NCBI GenBank assembly: GCA_963727445.1
Contig: CAVSGI010000008.1
Location: 224,001-288,000, forward strand
Source: an uncultured delta proteobacterium
Lineage (GTDB): Bacteria; Myxococcota_A; Polyangia; Polyangiales; B10-G4
Length of the DNA: 64,000 nt
Direction: 5' to 3'
Made by a program: the position numbers and the translations under genes. Position 1 is the first letter of the stretch; each line of letters starts with the position of its first letter. This document shows positions 18,918-29,645 of the stretch, piece by piece. The notes beneath the pieces are model-generated. The model was not told where the DNA came from. It saw only the letters and a list, made by a program, of their open reading frames with translations, and ran no database searches.

Positions 18918-19540
18918 GCGAGGACGGACGCGGATGGTTCGAGCGCCTCTTCCCGAAGATGATGGACTTCGGAGCGCTGCTCACGGAGCAAGCCGCGCAG
19001 GTCGAGCAAGCCCTGACGCAGCTGGGAACGATGCTGGCGCAAGAGGGCATCGACACCGAACGCCTCGAGGCGCTCGAAAAGGACGCGGACGCCCTCCGGG
19101 AGCGCAACGCACGCGCCCTGAACGAGGCCTTTGCGACGCCCTTCGATCGCGAGGACATCCAGCGCGCCATCGAAGAGCTGGACTGGATCGTGGTCCACAC
19201 CATGAGCACCGGGCGCGAGATGGCGGTGCTGGGGGTGTCCAGCGACGACACCATCAACGACCTGCTCGCGATCGTGATCGAGGGAGCGGCCGCCTTGCAC
19301 GAGGGGTTCGCAAAGCTTCAGAGCCATCCCGACCAGACGGCGGCGGCCATCGAAAAGGCTCGGCACGTCGACCGCCGCGCCCGGCGGCGCTACGAGCAAG
19401 GCCTCGCCGCCCTCTTCGACTCCGGCGACGCGCTACGCATCCTGCGCCGCCGCGAGATCTACCACCACCTCAAGGACGCGGCGAAGCGCGTGCTCAAGGG
19501 CGCCGTCGTCCTCGAAGCGATCCACGTCAAGAACGTCTAG
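18914..19540 (+). CDS. DUF47 / PhoU-like phosphate transport accessory protein
   Basis: LEKDAD, LNEAFATPFDREDI, RREIYHHL; ATGA overlap with pit. Confidence 0.9.
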   Translation: MSEDGRGWFERLFPKMMDFGALLTEQAAQVEQALTQLGTMLAQEGIDTERLEALEKDADALRERNARALNEAFATPFDREDIQRAIEELDWIVVHTMSTGREMAVLGVSSDDTINDLLAIVIEGAAALHEGFAKLQSHPDQTAAAIEKARHVDRRARRRYEQGLAALFDSGDALRILRRREIYHHLKDAAKRVLKGAVVLEAIHVKNV

Positions 19541-20274
19541 CGCGCGTGCTGGATGAGCCCGAACGCCGCGCCCTGAGGATCGTCGCACGCTGTAGCTCTG
19601 TCACCGTTCGGAAATCGGAAAGGATCGTGCGCCTTGCCGCCGAGCGAACGCACCCGGCTCAGGGTGGCGTCGATGTCCGCGACCGGAAAATGAAAGAGCC
19701 AATGGGTATGCACGCCCGGCCACCGCGCGGTGTTCGCGACGCTGCCCACCGGCGCTCCGCCGTCGGTCCACGCGAAGAGGTGATGGCCGCCCTCGGGATC
19801 GGCCGCCTCGAGGGTGCCCGCATCGTGCCATCCGGTGAGCTCGGCGTACGCGGCATAGGCACCGTCGGCGTCGCGGGTGTGGAGCTGGTGCCACGCCATC
19901 GGACGATCCGGAGGCGAGGCGTCCTCGCGCTGGCGAAGCGCGAGGATCGCTTCGAACGGATCGCGCAGAGTCGCCCACCTCGCTCCATCCGGGGCGGTCA
20001 CCGAAGGGCCCAACGTCTCTGCGCCCATCGCCACCATCGTCGCGACCGCCGCGTCGAGATCCTCCACCTCGAGGTGGCCCAGCCAATGCGCCGGCGCCCC
20101 CGCACGCCGCGCTCGCTCGTGGAGTGGCCAGGCCTCGAGGCAGGTGTCGGCGGAGCGACCTTCGGGAAGCGTCAGCCCGAGGGCCTCCCCGTAGAAGCGG
20201 CGCCCGGCCTCCGCGTCGGTGGTCCGCAGGGTGTATCGAGTGAACACCCGCCAACGCTGGCACGGGCGGAACAT
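19537..20274 (-). CDS. VOC (glyoxalase/bleomycin resistance) family protein, two-domain
   Basis: LRTTD..A.RFY, PAHWLGHLEV.DLDA, WHQLHTRD, HWLFHFPVADID, DPQGAAFGL; start uncertain. Confidence 0.88.
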   Translation of the reverse strand: MFRPCQRWRVFTRYTLRTTDAEAGRRFYGEALGLTLPEGRSADTCLEAWPLHERARRAGAPAHWLGHLEVEDLDAAVATMVAMGAETLGPSVTAPDGARWATLRDPFEAILALRQREDASPPDRPMAWHQLHTRDADGAYAAYAELTGWHDAGTLEAADPEGGHHLFAWTDGGAPVGSVANTARWPGVHTHWLFHFPVADIDATLSRVRSLGGKAHDPFRFPNGDRATACDDPQGAAFGLIQHAR

Positions 20275-20365
20275 TGCAGCAATGATCCAAGTCCTCCGGT
20301 GTCCCCAGTCGAGGAGGACGCACGCCTGTTGACAGTGTGGTCGGGATCGCGCGAATTTCGCCGCG

Positions 20366-20722
20366 ATGCGAAACGCGATGATCGGGGCCGCCACGCTTCT
20401 GCTCTTTCTCGCCGTCGGCTGTGGGGGCGCTCCGCTGCCCGACAGCTCGGTGTCGGCGACACAGGCCGCCATCCGCGCTGCCCAGGAGGTGGGCGCCGGC
20501 GACGTGCCCAAGGCGGCGCTTCATCTTCGCTATGCGACGGATCAATTCGACGAGGCCGAGGCGCTGCAGAGCGACGGTGACGAAGAGAGAGCCGCCTACG
20601 TGCTCATGCGCGCCCAGGCCGACGCGGAGCTCGCCATCGAGCTCACGCGCGCGCAGGCCGCCAATCAGGAAGCGGACGAGGCCGAGCGCGAGGCCCAGGA
20701 GCTCGAACAGCGTCGCCACTGA
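20366..20722 (+). CDS. DUF4398 domain lipoprotein
   Basis: Lipobox LAVGC; AIRAAQEVGA..P.AALHLRYA...RAQADAELA. Confidence 0.88.
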   Translation: MRNAMIGAATLLLFLAVGCGGAPLPDSSVSATQAAIRAAQEVGAGDVPKAALHLRYATDQFDEAEALQSDGDEERAAYVLMRAQADAELAIELTRAQAANQEADEAEREAQELEQRRH

Positions 20723-20741
20723 GCGGCGGAAGGGAAGACCG

Positions 20742-21665
20742 ATGGAGGGGATTCAGTGGCGAGTCGGCTGCTTGGCAGCGTGCTTGGTCCTCGTGGCGTG
20801 TGGCGCAGCTGCGCCCCCCACCGAGCTGGTCGACGCGCGTGAGGCCTACGCGCGCGCCGCAGAAGGGACGGCCGGCGAGCTCGCGCCGGTGCAGGTCGAA
20901 ACGGCGCGGCAGTCACTCGCCGAGGCGGAGAAGGCCTTCGAGGACGAGCCCGAGGCGCTTCGCACGCGGGACCTCGCCTACGTGGCGCTTCGCCAGGCGG
21001 AGTCCGCCGAGGCCCACGCCGAGCAGGCGACGGCGCGCCTTCGAGCGGCCCGCGCCCGAGGCGAAGAAGAGGAGATGCGCACGCGGCTCGAACGCGAGCG
21101 CGAAGCCGAGCTCAACATGACCCGCGAGCAGCTCGCCGAGCACCGGCGTGCTTTCGATCAGCAGTCACGCGAGCTCGAGGAGCGCGAAAGGCAGCTGGCC
21201 GAGCGCGAAGAGCAGCTCGAACGTGAGCGCGAGGCGCGTCAGAGCGCCGAGGCCGAAGCCGCCGCCGCCCTCGAGAGCCTGCGGCGCGTCGCCGCCGTCC
21301 AAGAGGAGGAGCGCGGGCTGGTGATCACGCTCTCGGGCGCGGTGCTCTTCGCTTCGGGGCAGAGCGAGCTCCTGCCCATCGCACAGCAGAAGTTGGACCA
21401 GGTCGCCGACACGCTGAACGACAACCCGGATCGGGCGATCACCATCGAAGGCCACACCGACTCGCGCGGCTCACGCCGACGCAACGAGGCGCTCTCCCTC
21501 GCGCGCGCCAACTCCGTACGCGACTACCTCGTCTCGAAGGAGGTCGACGCGAACCGGATTCGCACCGTGGGCCTCGGCTCGCAGCGGCCGGTCGCCGACA
21601 ACCACACGGCCGAGGGACGCGCCAACAACCGGCGCGTCGAGATCATCGTCGCGCCTCCTCAATAA
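20742..21665 (+). CDS. DUF4398 + coiled coil + OmpA-like peptidoglycan-binding lipoprotein
   Basis: Lipobox LVAC; ELVDAREAY; E/R-rich coil; IEGHTDSRG..N..LS..RA.SV..YL; GRANNRRVEI. Confidence 0.92.
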   Translation: MEGIQWRVGCLAACLVLVACGAAAPPTELVDAREAYARAAEGTAGELAPVQVETARQSLAEAEKAFEDEPEALRTRDLAYVALRQAESAEAHAEQATARLRAARARGEEEEMRTRLEREREAELNMTREQLAEHRRAFDQQSRELEERERQLAEREEQLEREREARQSAEAEAAAALESLRRVAAVQEEERGLVITLSGAVLFASGQSELLPIAQQKLDQVADTLNDNPDRAITIEGHTDSRGSRRRNEALSLARANSVRDYLVSKEVDANRIRTVGLGSQRPVADNHTAEGRANNRRVEIIVAPPQ

Positions 21666-21689
21666 GGCTCGGTGCTACAATGCCCGCCC

Positions 21690-22205
21690 ATGGGCGAGGC
21701 GCTGACCGTGCAAGAGCTCGCGACGAAGGCAGCGGGCCTGTCGGCTCAGGCCTTCACGGCGGAGCTCGGTCCATGGGTGCTCATCGGGCCGCCAGCCGAG
21801 TCGAAGATGCCCGACAAGTGGTCGTATGCCACGCAGCATGCGATGCCGGCCCTCACCAGCAATCCCTTCGGCCCGATCGCGACGAACATCGTCTTTCCCC
21901 TTCGCGCTCGGGATCGCCGCGCCGCCGTCGGGACCTCCATCCTGATCGGGCGCACCGACTCGAACGACGTCTGCATCTCGGACCCGAGCATCTCCAAGCT
22001 CCACGCGCGAGTGACGAAGACCGACTTCGCGCTCAGCGATGCCGGCTCGACGAACGGCACCTTCGTCAACGGCCGGAAGCTGGGCCCGTCGGAATCGATC
22101 CCCCTGAAGGCCAACATGCTGCTCCGCTTCGGGGACCGCGCGTTCCAGGTGCACGCCGCCGAGGCGCTGCACACCACGCTGCAAGGGCTCGCACGCAGGC
22201 CCTGA
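21690..22205 (+). CDS. FHA domain protein
   Basis: IGRTDSNDVCISDPSISKLHA...DAGSTNGTFVNG. Confidence 0.92.
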   Translation: MGEALTVQELATKAAGLSAQAFTAELGPWVLIGPPAESKMPDKWSYATQHAMPALTSNPFGPIATNIVFPLRARDRRAAVGTSILIGRTDSNDVCISDPSISKLHARVTKTDFALSDAGSTNGTFVNGRKLGPSESIPLKANMLLRFGDRAFQVHAAEALHTTLQGLARRP

Positions 22206-22211
22206 CGCCGA

Positions 22212-22865
22212 TCAGCCGCGCTCGAATGCGAGCGCCCGGGCCGAGACGGGCAGCGGGCTCGGCCCTCCTTCGCCGCGCAGCGGCACTCCGTCCACGGCGC
22301 TGTCGTAGATGGTGAGCCAGAACGAATCGAGCGCGCGGGGAACGAGCCACGATACGTCCAGGTCGATGCCGAGGGCGCAGACGACGATGGCGTGCGCCTC
22401 GGCGACGCGCCGCAGACGCGCGAGCACCTGGTCGACGACCTCGCCCGTGAAGGGATCGTAGAGATAGAAGACGGTCCCGTCGTCGAGGGGAGCGTCGCGT
22501 ACGTCAGCGGCGACGAAAGTGGCGCGCGCTCCCATCCGCGCCGCGCAGGCCCGCGCGCGGCGGACGAGCGCTGGACGGATCTCGATCCCCCGCCCGGTCG
22601 CCCCCGTCAGCATCTCGGCCAGCAACACCACCTTGCCGAGGCCACAGCCGAGATCGATCAGGACGTCCTCGGGCGTCACCGGCACCTCGAGGAGCGAACG
22701 CACGATCGGAGCGAGGCCGCTGGGGTGGTACCCGATCAGCGAGTCGCCGGGAGGCTCGCTGTTCGCGCCGTCCGCGATGCCCAGTCTCGCCTCGACCGCG
22801 GCGTCACGGCGCGAAGCCGGCAGAGTGGCGAGGTGGGTGAGAAGCGCGTGGGCATCGGGGTGCAC
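22212..22865 (-). CDS. Class I SAM-dependent methyltransferase (DOT1-like motif I)
   Basis: DVLIDLGCGLGKVV, GIEI, FYLYDPF. Confidence 0.85.
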   Translation of the reverse strand: MHPDAHALLTHLATLPASRRDAAVEARLGIADGANSEPPGDSLIGYHPSGLAPIVRSLLEVPVTPEDVLIDLGCGLGKVVLLAEMLTGATGRGIEIRPALVRRARACAARMGARATFVAADVRDAPLDDGTVFYLYDPFTGEVVDQVLARLRRVAEAHAIVVCALGIDLDVSWLVPRALDSFWLTIYDSAVDGVPLRGEGGPSPLPVSARALAFERG

Positions 22866-22961
22866 CAGCGGACGTTCTCATGATCGTGAGCTCAATTGTA
22901 CGCGCTCGGTCGAATATCGAACAGCCTTGTTCTTCCAGGCAGGGGGTGCAGATTCTCGGTC

Positions 22962-24131
22962 ATGCCCACCCCGCTCATCCGACGACGCCAGCGCGTTCTG
23001 AACCGCCTCCTGGACTCCCCGGCGCTGGTGGAGACCATCCGCGCGCTGCCGGCCAGCGCCCTCGGGTTGGTGATCGCCGAGGTCGGCGTGGAGGACTCGG
23101 CCGAGATCGTCGCGCTGGCGACCACGGAACAGCTGGTCCACCTCTTCGACGAAGACGTGTTCGAGAACGAGCACGTCGACCCGGCGCGCTTCGGCCTCTG
23201 GCTCGAGGTGCTCCTCGAAGCAGGCGATGCCTTCGCCGCCGACCGCGTGGTGGAGCTTCCCGAGGACCTGGTCTACGCCGCGGTGAACGACTACGCCTGG
23301 GTCTTCGACCTCGACGCGCTCGCGGTGGAGATCGCGGAGCGAGAGGATCTCACCGAGGTCAACGACCTGCTCGAAGCCGCGCGGACCGAAGAGCTCCTGG
23401 GGCGGCTCTTGGTGGTGCGGCGTAGCGATGGATGGGACGCGCTCTGGACCACGCTGGTGGCGATCGCCGAGCGGCATGGGGACTATGCGGAGCGCCTCCT
23501 CGACCGACTCTGCGCCCAGTCGATGGACAGCGTCTCCGAGGAGGGGCTGTACGAGGCGCTCTCCGCGGAGCAGATGTTGGTGGAGGACGCGGCCGCGGGA
23601 CGCGAGGAGCGGCGTGCCGCCGTCGGCTACGTCTCGGAGTCCGACGCACGCGCCTTCTTGAGGCTGGCCCGTGAGGGCGGCGGGGACGCGGAGACGAGAG
23701 ACGCGATCACCTCCGCCTGGTTTCGCCGCCTCGCCCCTCGACCGACGCCCGCGACGCCCGGGGTCGCCCTCGACCTCGAAGCGCTCCTCGAGCGTGCGGG
23801 CGCGCGTGGTCAGCGCGTCCCCACCCTACCCGCCGACCGAGGCCACATCGATCCGGTCTCGCGCCTGCGCGCCGCCATGGAAGCCCTGTCGCGCACGAAC
23901 CTGGAGACACACGCCGCCCGTCTCGAGGAGCTGTCCTTCCTCGCGAACGTGCTCAGCGCAGGCGCGCCGATGGCCGACCGTCCGAAGCGCGCCGTCGAAG
24001 CGGTGGAAGAGGCGCTCGAGGTGGCGGCGCGGGCGCTCGTCGCGCGCGCCCCGAGCCCCGACGCCGACGCCCGAATCCTCGCCGAGCGTCCTCTCAATCT
24101 CCTCTTTCGCGAGGGCTACCGGGAGCGCTGA
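22962..24131 (+). CDS. DUF6178-like myxobacterial protein
   Basis: IAEVGVEDSAEIVALAT.EQL..LFD.D; RF..WLEVL.EAG; REERR...GYV; ELSFLANVL; FREGY. Confidence 0.7.
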   Translation: MPTPLIRRRQRVLNRLLDSPALVETIRALPASALGLVIAEVGVEDSAEIVALATTEQLVHLFDEDVFENEHVDPARFGLWLEVLLEAGDAFAADRVVELPEDLVYAAVNDYAWVFDLDALAVEIAEREDLTEVNDLLEAARTEELLGRLLVVRRSDGWDALWTTLVAIAERHGDYAERLLDRLCAQSMDSVSEEGLYEALSAEQMLVEDAAAGREERRAAVGYVSESDARAFLRLAREGGGDAETRDAITSAWFRRLAPRPTPATPGVALDLEALLERAGARGQRVPTLPADRGHIDPVSRLRAAMEALSRTNLETHAARLEELSFLANVLSAGAPMADRPKRAVEAVEEALEVAARALVARAPSPDADARILAERPLNLLFREGYRER

Positions 24132-24135
24132 GCGC

Positions 24136-25458
24136 TCACGAGAGCACACCCGAGAGCTCGGTGTCGCCGTCATCGCCGAAGATCGCGCCGCTGCCGCCGA
24201 AGCGTCCCTCGACGCCGAAACCGCGGAGCAGGGTCACGAAGAGGTTGGCGAGGCTCGTCCCCGCCCCGTTCACCTGACGGCCGTCGGCCGCGACGAGACC
24301 CGCGCCACCGAAGATGAGCGGGCAGACGCGCGCGTGGTCGTGAACGCTGCCCTCGCCCATGCTGGGCATCACCAGGACCAGCGTGTCGTCGAGGAGGGTT
24401 CGGCCGTCGGCGGTGGGCGTCCCGTCGAGACGCCCGAGGAGGTCGGCGAGCATCTCCGCGTGCCAGCGCTCCACGGCCTCGAGGCGCGCTCGTCCGCCGG
24501 GGCTGAGGTCATGGGAGAGCACGTGATGACCGCCGGGTGCGCCGAGGAAGTCGTGAGAGCGCAGGCTCAGCCCGAACTCGATCATGAAGGTCATGACGCG
24601 CGTCTGGTCGCATTGGAAGGCCAGCCGGATCAGCTCGTGAAAGGTCGGGACGCGCTCGGGATAGGTGAGGGTCGGCGAGGGCCCCGTCTCGTCGGCGCCG
24701 CACGCCGAGGGCGGGCGGAGCAGGCCGGACTGGAGCTCCGAGAGCGCGTCGCGATACTGCTGGAAGGTCGCGCGGTCGTCGGCGCCGAGGCGTGATTCGA
24801 AGCGCGACGCGCGATCGTTCGTCGCGTCGAGCAACGAGCGCACCGAGCCGTGGCGGATGTCGGCGGCGCCGGCCGTGCGTCCGTCCGCGGCCCCGTCGCC
24901 GAAGAGCCGGGAGAACGCGGCCGCCGGGCTGATAGTGGGCAGGAGCGGCTGGCGCGGCCCGCTCCACGAGAGGCTCTGCGTGTAGGCACAGGCGGCGCCG
25001 CCCACGTCGCAGACGCCCGGCTCGCCGGCGCTCCACTGGAGCGACCCGAAGCGCGTGTCGGGCGCGAGCTCGCGCGCCAGCAGCTGGTCGAAGGAGATGT
25101 CGTTGAAGACCGCGCCGCGATCGAGCGTGGGGATGGCCGTTCCGGTGAGCAGCGTGCCGGTGCCCATCGCGTGTGCAGCGCCGGGGCTGCGTGAGGCCGC
25201 GGTGTTGTGGAGGTCGATGATCGACAGCGCGCGGTTGGCAAAAGGCTGAAGGGCGGAAGCGGTGCCCGGAAACGTGAGGCCGCCGCCGCCCGCCGCGGGG
25301 ATCCAGTTGTTCCGGACGCGACCGTTGGGCAGGTAGTAGACGAGGAGGCGCGGCGTGGGAGCGGCGGCGCGCGAGCGGCCGGCCAGCAGGTTGAGCGCCG
25401 GGAGCGCCAGGGCTGCGCCGGCGGCTGCGCGCAGGAGACGGCGGCGTCCGAGCTTCAT
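24136..25458 (-). CDS. DUF1552 (HXXSHH) family protein with Tat-like N-terminus
   Basis: RRRLLRAAAG..LALP.L; YLPNG; SFDQLLA; LAFQCDQTRVMT; HHVLSH; LLDDTLV; HDH. Confidence 0.9.
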   Translation of the reverse strand: MKLGRRRLLRAAAGAALALPALNLLAGRSRAAAPTPRLLVYYLPNGRVRNNWIPAAGGGGLTFPGTASALQPFANRALSIIDLHNTAASRSPGAAHAMGTGTLLTGTAIPTLDRGAVFNDISFDQLLARELAPDTRFGSLQWSAGEPGVCDVGGAACAYTQSLSWSGPRQPLLPTISPAAAFSRLFGDGAADGRTAGAADIRHGSVRSLLDATNDRASRFESRLGADDRATFQQYRDALSELQSGLLRPPSACGADETGPSPTLTYPERVPTFHELIRLAFQCDQTRVMTFMIEFGLSLRSHDFLGAPGGHHVLSHDLSPGGRARLEAVERWHAEMLADLLGRLDGTPTADGRTLLDDTLVLVMPSMGEGSVHDHARVCPLIFGGAGLVAADGRQVNGAGTSLANLFVTLLRGFGVEGRFGGSGAIFGDDGDTELSGVLS

Positions 25459-27862
25459 GGGGCATCTCCTTCGGGTGGGGGTGCGCGGAAGGCCTCGGAG
25501 AGCGCGATGGCTTCGAGGAGCGCCGGGAGGCTCTGTTCGGCGCCCACCACCTCGGTCGCGATCGCATCGATCGCGGGCTGATCCTCGGGCGACACCGTCC
25601 GCCCGACGGCGTAGCTGTAGAGCCACTGGGTCAGGCAAGAAGCGAAGAGCTGTGGGTCGAGGACGGCGGCGAGCCCCTCGGCTCCCTCGAAGGTCTCACC
25701 CGTGGGGAGCTCGCCGACGCTGTCGAGCCCGGGCTCCGCCCGAAAGCGTCCGACCGCGTCGTAGAGCTCGAAGCCCATGCCGACGACGTCGAGGCGATCG
25801 TGACACGAGGCGCACACCGGATCGCTGCGGTGCCGCTCCAGCTGCTCGCGCTTCGACAGGCCGTCCTCGAACTCGAGCTCGCCCACCACCAGGCCCGCGG
25901 GCGGCGGGGGCACGGGCTGGCAGAGGATGTGGTCGGAGATGAAACGCCCGCGCTGGATCGGCGACGAGTGCGCGCCCTTGACGTGCAGGCTCAGCCAGCC
26001 GCCGAGCGACAGAACGCTCGCGCGGCCCTGTGCGGCCGGCACCTCGACCATCGCCTCACTGCCCACCGGCTCCGTTCCGTAGTGCGCCGCCAGGCGGTCG
26101 TTCGACATCGCGAAGTCGGCGTCGAGGAGGTCGAGGGCCGGGCGCTCGGACGCGAGGAACGCAGCGAAGAAGCTCTTGGCTTCGTCCTCGAAGGCGAGGC
26201 GCAAGGCGGCGTCCGACGCCTCGGGAAAAGCTTCGGCGTCGGGCGACCACTGCGCGAGGCGCCGGGTGGAGAGCCACTGCTCCCCGAAGCCGTCCACGAT
26301 CCCGCGCGCACGTGGGTCCGCCAACATGCGGCGCACCTGCGCGCGGATCCCGTCGTCACTTCGAAGCTCCCCGCGCGCCGCGGCCTCGAGCAGCGCGTCG
26401 TCCGGCATGCTGCTCCACAGGAAGTAGGACAGGCGGCTCGCGAGCCAGTAGTCGTCGCCGGGCGTGTAGGCCCGGTAGATGAAGTCGGGCGAGATCAAGA
26501 TTCTGACGCAGCACCAGCCGGAGCGCGTCATCGCCGCTCTCGCCGCCGCCCACGAGCTCGATGAAGAGCGTCGCCAGCGCGTCCGACTCCGCTTCGTCGA
26601 GAGGGCGGCGCCACGCGCGACGGGCGAAGGTGGTGACGATGGTGCGATAGCAGGCGAGGTCGTAGGCGCTCGCGTCGGGCCGCTGGGCCGAGACGTCGAG
26701 GGTGTAGACGTGCGGCGTCGCGCCCTGCACCAGGTGAGGGCCCTGGGGCCAGGCAGGACCCGAGGGGAGCGCGTCGCGCTCCGCCGCGGAGAGAGGCTCC
26801 ACGTCCGCGAAGGCGAAACGCCAATCGGCCATGGACTGTGGATTCTGGACGTGCCGCTTGATCTCGACGCCGTCGGCGTCGACGTCGATGATGTAGACAG
26901 CGGGATCGCCCGGGGTCTGCACCAGGCGCGGCCGCGCGACGAGCGCCGGCCCCTCCGCCCAAACGTCCGCGTCCGCCACGTGCGCGATGTCCTCGCCCCG
27001 GAAACGCCACGCGGCGAAGGCAGTGGGATCGGGCACGTGGCGGCGCACGTCGACGGTCGCGGGCGCGGGCGGCGGCGCCGGATCGCAGACGTAGACGAGA
27101 GCGCGTCCCGGCGCCTCGGCCAGCGGACCGCGGAGCTCCACCGCCTCCACGTTCACGTTGTTGCCATAGCCGCTCGCCGGCTCGTTGATGTAGTTGATGG
27201 GGATGAAGCGAAAGACGTGCTCGCCCGCGCCGAGGTCCGTGGAAAACACGTGCTCTACCGCACGCGCGGCGCCGCCGCGCACCGCCACCGTCCCGAGCTC
27301 CGTTCCATCGACCTCCACGCGCACGCGCGGCGTCAGAATCCTGGGCCACCAGCTCCTGACCGAAGAAGGGCCCGCCCGCGACGAAGACCACGTCGAGGGG
27401 CCCAGCCGGAACCGTGCGGGTGAGCGCGAGCGTGTGACCGCGGAGCGCGAGGAAGCTGCCGACGCGCTCGCCATCCACGGGGAGCTCCGAAGCGTCCGTG
27501 CGGTCGACGAAGGAGGGCTGATCCGTGAGCGCGTCGTCCACCACCCGCTTCGCGGCGTCGTAGTACGCGGCGAGCAGGGTCGGCGTCAGCGTGAGGTTCT
27601 CCGCGAGGTTGTCGAGACCGGCGGACGCCGCGTCCGGGGGAAACGCCTCCGAGGGCGTGAGCCGCGTGCCCAGGAGATCGTGAACGGTGTTGTCGTACTC
27701 GAGGCGGTTGAGGCGGTGCAGCTGCGGCGTCGCGAGGCCGCTCCCGCGTTCGGAGGCATCGGGGCGCTCCGAAGGGTCTCCGCCACCCCCCGCGTCGCTC
27801 AGCCAGCCCGTGCAGGCTGCGAGGAGCCAGGGCATTGCGAGCGCGACCGTGAAGCGAAACAT
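25455..27862 (-). CDS. DUF1587/1595/1592/1588/1585 (PSD) lipoprotein with inserted CBM-like and tandem-repeat domains (two frameshifts)
   Basis: LHRLNRLEYDNTVHDLLG; FARRAWRRPL; LASRLSYFLWSSMPD; SSPIQRG; CASCH; three ORF pieces joined by removing one base each at 27334-40 and 26499-505. Confidence 0.88.
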
Positions 27863-28081
27863 CTGCAACCTCAACATCTCGGGAGCAGGAAGCGTGCCGC
27901 CGCCTCGCGCGGCCCAGGGGCCCCGATCGCGGGCCACGAGCAGCGCTCGGATGCCCACCTGGCACGGATCGGGCCCTGCCGCGTCCAGGTTTTTCGAGCC
28001 CGGGCCCCGATGGCAGACACGGTCAAAGCCTTGGCATCGCGCGGTCAAGACCCGTCTCGCCGTCGGGGCCAGGTTCGGGTC

Positions 28082-29645
28082 ATGACCCATCCACCCGACA
28101 ACCGCTCCGCACTGCACTCGGCTCTGGACCGCCGCCCGTGGTCCTGGCTGCTGCTCGGCGCCGTGCTCCTGGTCGCCTCCCAGCTCCGCTTCGGGATCGG
28201 CGTTCTCGCGTGGCTCGCGCCCGTTCCCTTCCTCCACTACCTCCGCATCACCGAGCGGTGGCCCTCGCGCGTCGCCTTCCTCGCCGCCTCGCTCGTCGCC
28301 TACACGCTCGCGATCGCGAAGATCATCACAGCCCCCCTACCGCTCGCCTTCGCCCCGCTCTTCGGTCTGCCCATCGGTCTCGTGCTCTCGCTGCCGCTGC
28401 TCGCGATCGGGCCGCTGCGCCGGCAGCTCGGAGAGGCGCCCGCGGCCCTCGGCTTCAGCGCGCTGATGGTCACGGCGGAGTGGACGCTCCACGGGCTCCT
28501 TCCCTTCGGCACCTGGTGCTCCGCTGCCAACACTCAGCTCGACCACCTCGCCCTCATGCAGCTCGCCTCGGTCACGGGCCTGCACGGCGTCAGCTTCCTC
28601 GTCTACGCGTTCGCCGCGGCGCTCGAGAGCGTCCTCGCCGCACCCTCGCCGGGCAGGCGCCGGGCGCTCGCCGGTGTCGCCGTCGCCATCGTCGCCGCGA
28701 GCGCCCTCGGGCAGGCGCGTCTGGCCGCGTCCACGGCGAGCGGTACGGCACGGACGGAAGTCGCCACGGTGGACACCGACTCCACGATCGGCGCCGGGCC
28801 GCTGCCCACACAGGACGAGCTCCGCGCCGTGAACGAAAACCTCTTTCGTCGTTCGCGCGCCGCCGCCGACGCGGGCGTCGCGCTCATCGTCTGGACCGAA
28901 GCCGCCACCATGGTGATGCCCGAAGACGAGGCGCGCTTCCTCGGCGAGGCCTCCGCCTTCGCCCGCGACGAAGACGTCACCCTGGTCGCGGCGTACATCG
29001 TCCCGATCTCCTTCGAGCCGCTCCGCTACCGCAACCGCTACGCGTTCGTGACCCCGGGTGGCGTCGATCACGTCTACGACAAGCACCATCCGGTACCCGG
29101 GGAGCCGGCCGTCGCCGGCGACGCTCGGATGCCGCTCTTCGAGAGCGAGGCGCTGGGCCGCGTCTCGGGCGCGATTCTGCTACGACTACGACTTCCCGCG
29201 CCTCGGCCTGGTGCACGCCGCGCTCGACGTCGATTCCGTGGTCCTGCCCTCCTCCGATTGGCGGGGCATCGACCCCATCCACACCGAGATGGCCGCCGTG
29301 CGGGCCATCGAGGGGGGACACTCGCTCGTCCGCTCCACCCGCTTCGGGCTGTCCGCGGGCTACGATCCTTGGGGACGGGCCCGGGGGTGGCTCAGCCACT
29401 TCGACCCGGGCGAGCGGGTCCTCACGATGAGCCTGCCCCATCACGGGGTGACCACGATCTACGGCGTCCTGGGCGACTGGTTCCCGCTCCTGTGTGGCAT
29501 CGTCGCCTTCGCGCTACTGGCGACGGCGTCGGCTCGCCGCCTCGGGTATGCTGCGTCGTCGTGGCCGACACCGTCCTCTCCGTCGCCAGCCGCGCCATCC
29601 TCGACGCCTACGAGCAGCTCGGCCTCGACGGCGACGCGCTCCTGA
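28082..29645 (+). CDS. Apolipoprotein N-acyltransferase-like (nitrilase/CN-hydrolase) membrane protein (frameshift at ~29175)
   Basis: TM helices; QLASVTGLHGVSFLV; triad E (WTEAA), K (YDKHHPVPG), C (AI-CYDYDFP once one T is removed). Confidence 0.85.

Noticed and set aside
20366..22205. DUF4398 + DUF4398-OmpA + FHA as a secretion-system remnant
   Set aside because: The DUF4398/OmpA pair is a common known arrangement; the FHA gene has its own -10 box and no T6SS core genes are present.
22212..22865. Methyltransferase as the candidate GATC modifier
   Set aside because: No DPPY/NPPY or PC catalytic motif of DNA methyltransferases; it resembles small-molecule or protein class I methyltransferases.
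27960..27974. TGGCACG-N5-GGC as a sigma54 promoter
   Set aside because: GG-N10-GC spacing fits but the -12 TTGC is missing and no enhancer-binding protein gene is nearby.
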